A stretch of 32,000 bases of DNA, taken from sequence record OZ375201.1; one strand, 5' to 3'. The notes beneath the pieces were generated by a model. It did not search any database. It was not told where the DNA came from and worked only from the letters and a program-made list of their open reading frames with translations. Of this stretch, positions 27,820 to 32,000 are shown piece by piece. Each line of letters begins with the position of its first letter. The first letter of the stretch is position 1. Made by a program: the position numbers and the translations under genes.

Positions 27820-29289
27820 ATGCTTTCTAATCTCTTACCAACGCTGATTCTTCTTCCTTTAGTTGGGAGTCTTCTTATATCATTTGTACCTGCTTCGTCA
27901 GAACGAACTCTTAAAGTTGGAGGTCTTGTAATTTCTTCGCTTACATTTATCCTTTCCCTTTTTGCTTGGATATTTTTTGACCCATCATCGACAAAATTCC
28001 AATTTGTTTATGATGCCCCTTGGTTGGGTACTTCAAATATTCATCTTATTCTAGGAATCGATGGGATCTCACTCTTTTTTGTTATTTTAACAACATTTTT
28101 AATTCCTCTTTGCCTTCTAGCAGGGTGGAAGTCTATTGAAAAACAAAAAGAGTATGTTATTGCTTTTTTAGTTCTAGAAGCTTTAACTTTAAGTGTCTTT
28201 TGTCTTTTAGATCTTTTTCTTTTCTACGTTTTCTTCGAAAGCGTTCTTATTCCAATGTTTTTCATTATTGGAATCTTTGGATCAAGAGAAAGAAAAATTA
28301 GAGCTGCATATCAATTTTTCCTTTATACCCTTTTAGGTTCCGTTTTAATGCTCCTGGGTATTTTGATGATTTACGCTCAAACAGGAACTACACAAGTTGA
28401 ACTTCTATATACAGCAGAATTTAGTGAAATAAGCCAAATCATCTTATGGCTATCATTTTTTGCTTCTTTTGCTGTAAAAGTTCCTATGGTTCCTGTACAT
28501 ATTTGGCTACCTGAAGCACACGTTGAGGCGCCAACAGCGGGATCCGTTATTCTAGCGGGTATCATGTTGAAGTTAGGAACTTACGGTTTCCTTCGCTTTT
28601 CAATTCCGCTTTTTCCGGAAGCGTCGTTATACTTTACACCTTTAGTCTTTACTATGAGTGTAATCGCTGTTATGTATACATCTTTAACAACGGTTCGACA
28701 AGTTGACCTGAAGAAAATTATTGCATATTCTTCTGTAGCACACATGAACTTTGTGACTCTTGGATTATTTAGTTTAAACCCTCAAGGTGTTGAAGGGAGC
28801 TTACTACTAATGCTAAGTCACGGTTTAGTTTCACCTGCATTGTTCCTTTGTATTGGTGCACTTTATGATAGACATAAAACCCGCCTTCTAAGGTATTATG
28901 GAGGAACTGTGCGCACAATGCCAATATTCTCTAGCGTCTTTTTATTTTTTACTATGGGGAATATTAGTTTACCAGGAACAAGTAGTTTTGTTGGTGAGTT
29001 TCTAGTTTTAACTGGAACGTACCAAGCAAACCCATTTATTTGCGTTCTTGGAGCAACTGGGATGGTTCTCGGAGCTGCATATTCTTTATGGCTATATAAC
29101 CGTGTTACCTTTGGGGCTTTTAAGCCACATTTTATTTCTACATATGCTGATTTAAACAGAAGAGAATTCTTCACTTTCCTTCCTTTAATTATTTCTGTTC
29201 TTTGGATGGGAGTTTATCCTGAAGTTTTCTTAAATGAAATCCATGCATCGGTTTCTAACCTACTCCAAAATATATCAACAATTCTTTAA
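27820..29289 (+). CDS. nad4: NADH dehydrogenase subunit 4
   Basis: 489-aa ORF with VKVPMVPVHIWLPEAHVEAPTAGSVILAGIMLKLGTYGFLRF, IAYSSVAHMNFV. Confidence 0.98.
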   Translation: MLSNLLPTLILLPLVGSLLISFVPASSERTLKVGGLVISSLTFILSLFAWIFFDPSSTKFQFVYDAPWLGTSNIHLILGIDGISLFFVILTTFLIPLCLLAGWKSIEKQKEYVIAFLVLEALTLSVFCLLDLFLFYVFFESVLIPMFFIIGIFGSRERKIRAAYQFFLYTLLGSVLMLLGILMIYAQTGTTQVELLYTAEFSEISQIILWLSFFASFAVKVPMVPVHIWLPEAHVEAPTAGSVILAGIMLKLGTYGFLRFSIPLFPEASLYFTPLVFTMSVIAVMYTSLTTVRQVDLKKIIAYSSVAHMNFVTLGLFSLNPQGVEGSLLLMLSHGLVSPALFLCIGALYDRHKTRLLRYYGGTVRTMPIFSSVFLFFTMGNISLPGTSSFVGEFLVLTGTYQANPFICVLGATGMVLGAAYSLWLYNRVTFGAFKPHFISTYADLNRREFFTFLPLIISVLWMGVYPEVFLNEIHASVSNLLQNISTIL

Positions 29290-29291
29290 AC

Positions 29292-30770
29292 ATGTTTTAT
29301 TTATTCGATTCGGATATTCTAGGCCTTATGCCTGAGATTTTTCTTCTCCTAGGTATATGTACCCTTTTAGGTTACGGTGTATGGTATGAAAAAGGAAGAG
29401 AATCCCAAATGACTTCTCATCAATTATGGGTGGGAGGTTTGTGTCTCATATTTACTTTTATTTTATTATGTGAAAACCCTGTATTCCATATGATATTATG
29501 TTTTAATACTCTTATCATGGATGGTATGGGTTTTTTCCTAAAAAGTCTTATGCTTCTTACAACTTTGAGTATTTTTGGTTTAAGCTTTTCTTACCTTGAA
29601 AAAGAAAAAATCAAAGCTTTTGAATTTATAATTCTGCTTCTTTTAGCTACCCTAAGCCTTATGCTTATGGTGTCTTCTTATGACTTTATTTCCCTATATT
29701 TAGGAATTGAATTCCAAAGTTTAGGCCTTTATGTTTTAGCAGCTTTAAAAAAGGATAGTGAATATTCTACTGAAGCTGGCCTTAAATATTTTGTTTTAGG
29801 TGCTTTCTCTTCTGGTTTTTACCTTTTTGGTGCTTCTCTTATTTATGGACTAACAGGGACAACAAATTTTGAAGATTTAAGTCTTTTATTTACAGGTTTA
29901 GGACCTACAGACCCTTTAACTCAAGGTTCTGTTTTAGTAGGACTTATCTTCTTAAGCGTTGCTTTCTTATTTAAAGTTAGCGCATTCCCTTTTCATATGT
30001 GGTCTCCTGATGTTTATGAAGGTGCACCTACGGTGATAACAGCTTTTTTCTCTATTGCACCTAAATTAGCTCTTTTTGGTGTTCTTATTAGAGTATTTTA
30101 TTTAGGTTTCTTCGATTTCCTTTTTTCATGGCAACAGATATTCTTCTTCTGTAGTTTAGGTTCAATGGTTTTCGGGGCTCTAGGTGCTTTAAGCCAATTA
30201 AGAATGAAGCGTCTTCTAGCTTTTAGTTCTATTGGTCACGTCGGTTTCCTTCTTATTGGGTTAGCTTCAGGTACTCTTGAGGGACTACAAGGTGTTTTCC
30301 TTTACCTTCTTGTTTATTTCTTTATGACAATAAACGCTTTCAGCTTTGTTCTAAGTTTACGTTCAGATGGAGAAGAACCTAGATATTTACATGAGTTAAA
30401 AAATCTTGGTGTAAGTAATCCTTTATTAAGTATTACTTTTAGTATGACTTTATTCTCTATGGCAGGAATTCCTCCATTGGCAGGATTCTTAAGTAAATTT
30501 TACTTATTTTTTGCTGGTCTAAATGCTTCTCTTTATTCTTTATGTGTCCTTGGAATCTTATCTAGCGTTTTAAGTTGTTTTTATTATATAAGTTTGATTA
30601 AACTTATGTATTTCCATAAACAGGAGGAGGGAGTACAAGAAATTGGAGGTACAATAGATTGGCAAAAAGCTAATCTTCTTGGTATAAGCTTTTTTGCTTT
30701 AATCTTCCTTTTTATTTACCCTTCACCATTCTTTTTATTAAGCCACGCGGCTGCATTATCTTTCTGTTAA
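29292..30770 (+). CDS. nad2: NADH dehydrogenase subunit 2
   Basis: 492-aa polytopic ORF with KVSAFPFHMWSPDVYEGAPTVITAFFSIAPK, LAFSSIGHVGFLL. It follows nad5-nad4. Confidence 0.96.
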   Translation: MFYLFDSDILGLMPEIFLLLGICTLLGYGVWYEKGRESQMTSHQLWVGGLCLIFTFILLCENPVFHMILCFNTLIMDGMGFFLKSLMLLTTLSIFGLSFSYLEKEKIKAFEFIILLLLATLSLMLMVSSYDFISLYLGIEFQSLGLYVLAALKKDSEYSTEAGLKYFVLGAFSSGFYLFGASLIYGLTGTTNFEDLSLLFTGLGPTDPLTQGSVLVGLIFLSVAFLFKVSAFPFHMWSPDVYEGAPTVITAFFSIAPKLALFGVLIRVFYLGFFDFLFSWQQIFFFCSLGSMVFGALGALSQLRMKRLLAFSSIGHVGFLLIGLASGTLEGLQGVFLYLLVYFFMTINAFSFVLSLRSDGEEPRYLHELKNLGVSNPLLSITFSMTLFSMAGIPPLAGFLSKFYLFFAGLNASLYSLCVLGILSSVLSCFYYISLIKLMYFHKQEEGVQEIGGTIDWQKANLLGISFFALIFLFIYPSPFFLLSHAAALSFC

Positions 30771-30776
30771 AATCAT

Positions 30777-31385
30777 ATGGAACTTTTCTTAGCTCTTTTT
30801 GCATCCTTCGCTATCGGTTCTGCAATCATGGTCATTCGGGCTAAAAACCCCGTGTACTCTGTACTTTATTTGATCTTGGTCTTCGTTAACGTTAGCGGGA
30901 TTTTACTTTTACAAGGTTTAGACTTTTTCGCGATGATTTTTTTAGTTGTTTATGTTGGGGCAATCGCTGTCCTTTTCCTTTTTGTGGTCATGATGCTTAA
31001 TATCAAAGTAGAGGAAAAACAAGAAAGTGTTCTTCGCTATATTCCTGTAGGTGGTGGCCTTGGTCTTATTTTCTTTTTAGAAGTTATGTTTAGTCTCGAT
31101 AAGGAATTTATTCCTATTGGTCAGCTCGCTCTAGAGGAAGGAGCACTAAACCTAGACTACGTTCATTGGGGACTTGCATTAACACAGAAATCAGGAATAG
31201 AAGCAGTAGGTCAAGTTATTTATACCTATTATTTCTATTACTTTTTTCTAGCGGGATTTATTCTACTCGTAGCTATGATAGGAGCAATCCTTTTAACCCT
31301 GTATAATGACCCAAAAGTTAAACGTCAAGAAGTTTTTGAACAAAACGCAAGAGAGTTCTCTAGAACAGTTCAAAAATTCTCTTAG
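30777..31385 (+). CDS. nad6: NADH dehydrogenase subunit 6
   Basis: 202-aa ORF with IMVIRAKNPVYSVLYLILVFVNVSGILLLQGLDFFAMIFLVVYVGAIAVLFLFVVMMLN. Confidence 0.95.
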   Translation: MELFLALFASFAIGSAIMVIRAKNPVYSVLYLILVFVNVSGILLLQGLDFFAMIFLVVYVGAIAVLFLFVVMMLNIKVEEKQESVLRYIPVGGGLGLIFFLEVMFSLDKEFIPIGQLALEEGALNLDYVHWGLALTQKSGIEAVGQVIYTYYFYYFFLAGFILLVAMIGAILLTLYNDPKVKRQEVFEQNAREFSRTVQKFS

Positions 31386-31441
31386 ATATAAAAGGAATTT
31401 ATTGTTTAACATAAATGTCTGAATTTTAGAGATAAATAGAA

Positions 31442-31513
31442 TCCTCAATAGCTCAGTGGTAGAGCAAATGGCTGTTAACCATTTGGTCGTTGGTTCAAAT
31501 CCAACTTGGGGAG
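31442..31513 (+). tRNA. trnN(guu): tRNA-Asn (GUU)
   Basis: Acceptor tcctcaa/ttgggga, D arm agctcagtggtagagc, anticodon stem-loop aatgg-ctgttaa-ccatt. Confidence 0.9.
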
Positions 31514-31688
31514 GAGAGAAGAAAAACTATTTTTAATTCAAAATTATGCGTTACTAAATTACCCATAATTTTATGGCTTTTTTTAATGTCAACACTAAAC
31601 TTTGAAATATAATTATTTGTAAAAGTTTAAAATGTAGATATGAAGCTTAAATAAAAATACAAATTCTTTCAAGAAAAAGAAAAAAAAC

Positions 31689-32000
31689 ATGAACTTATTT
31701 CGTACCTTTTCATGCGATGTTGCAGAACCATGGCAACTTGGGTTTCAGGACCCCGCTACACCAGTAATGGAAGGTCTAATTGACCTACACCATGATTTAA
31801 TGTTTTTTCTAGCTTTTATTCTGGTTTTCGTTATGTGGATTTTAGGTAGAACACTTTACCACTTCCAATACCATAAAACTCAAAATAGATTTCCTAGAAA
31901 ACTTACACACGGTACTTTAATAGAAATTATATGGACCGTAACACCAAGTATTATTTTAATGCTTATTGCTATACCTTCTTTTGCACTTCTTTATTCTTAT
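31689..32000 (+). CDS. cox2: cytochrome c oxidase subunit 2, 5' part (runs off the window end)
   Basis: ATG at 31689. My translation [41 protein letters not shown]...[31 protein letters not shown] matches the COX2 N-terminus. The frame stays open to position 32000. Confidence 0.95.
   Translation, partial: MNLFRTFSCDVAEPWQLGFQDPATPVMEGLIDLHHDLMFFLAFILVFVMWILGRTLYHFQYHKTQNRFPRKLTHGTLIEIIWTVTPSIILMLIAIPSFALLYSY

Overview
This window is a compact, gene-dense segment of a mitochondrial genome of the gene-rich 'ancestral' type. It uses the standard genetic code: TGA serves as a stop and trnW has anticodon CCA. It is A+T-rich and almost everything is on the + strand. I can support 29 standard protein genes: nad1, 2, 3, 4, 4L, 5, 6, 7, 9 and 10; cob; cox1; the 5' part of cox2; atp1, 4, 8 and 9; tatC; and eleven small-subunit ribosomal protein genes. 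I also support one intron-encoded LAGLIDADG endonuclease, 23 tRNAs folded by hand, and the large-subunit rRNA, which is split by one group I intron. All respiratory genes are uninterrupted. The gene content (nad10, rps8, tatC, atp4), the nad5-nad4-nad2 block and plant-like trnI(CAU)/trnfM sequences suggest a green-algal (prasinophyte- or streptophyte-like) or similarly gene-rich protist mtDNA; this lineage call is inference only. I see no defence system, CRISPR array or transposon, so most of the window is ordinary organelle sequence. The parts worth a second look are listed here.
- A 1.34-kb gene-free region (4667-6003) is packed with hairpins, tandem repeats and a G9-ATTAA-G9 motif.
- rps11 carries an N-terminal extension of about 450 codons.
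- nad10 is mitochondrially encoded and sits in a small inverted trnF-nad10-trnH block, with an inverted copy of a dispersed repeat next to it.
- Three CDSs have stop codons that lie inside the downstream tRNA.
- Short dispersed repeat and palindrome families recur in the spacers.
- The ribosomal protein cluster is rearranged and lacks complete rpl genes.
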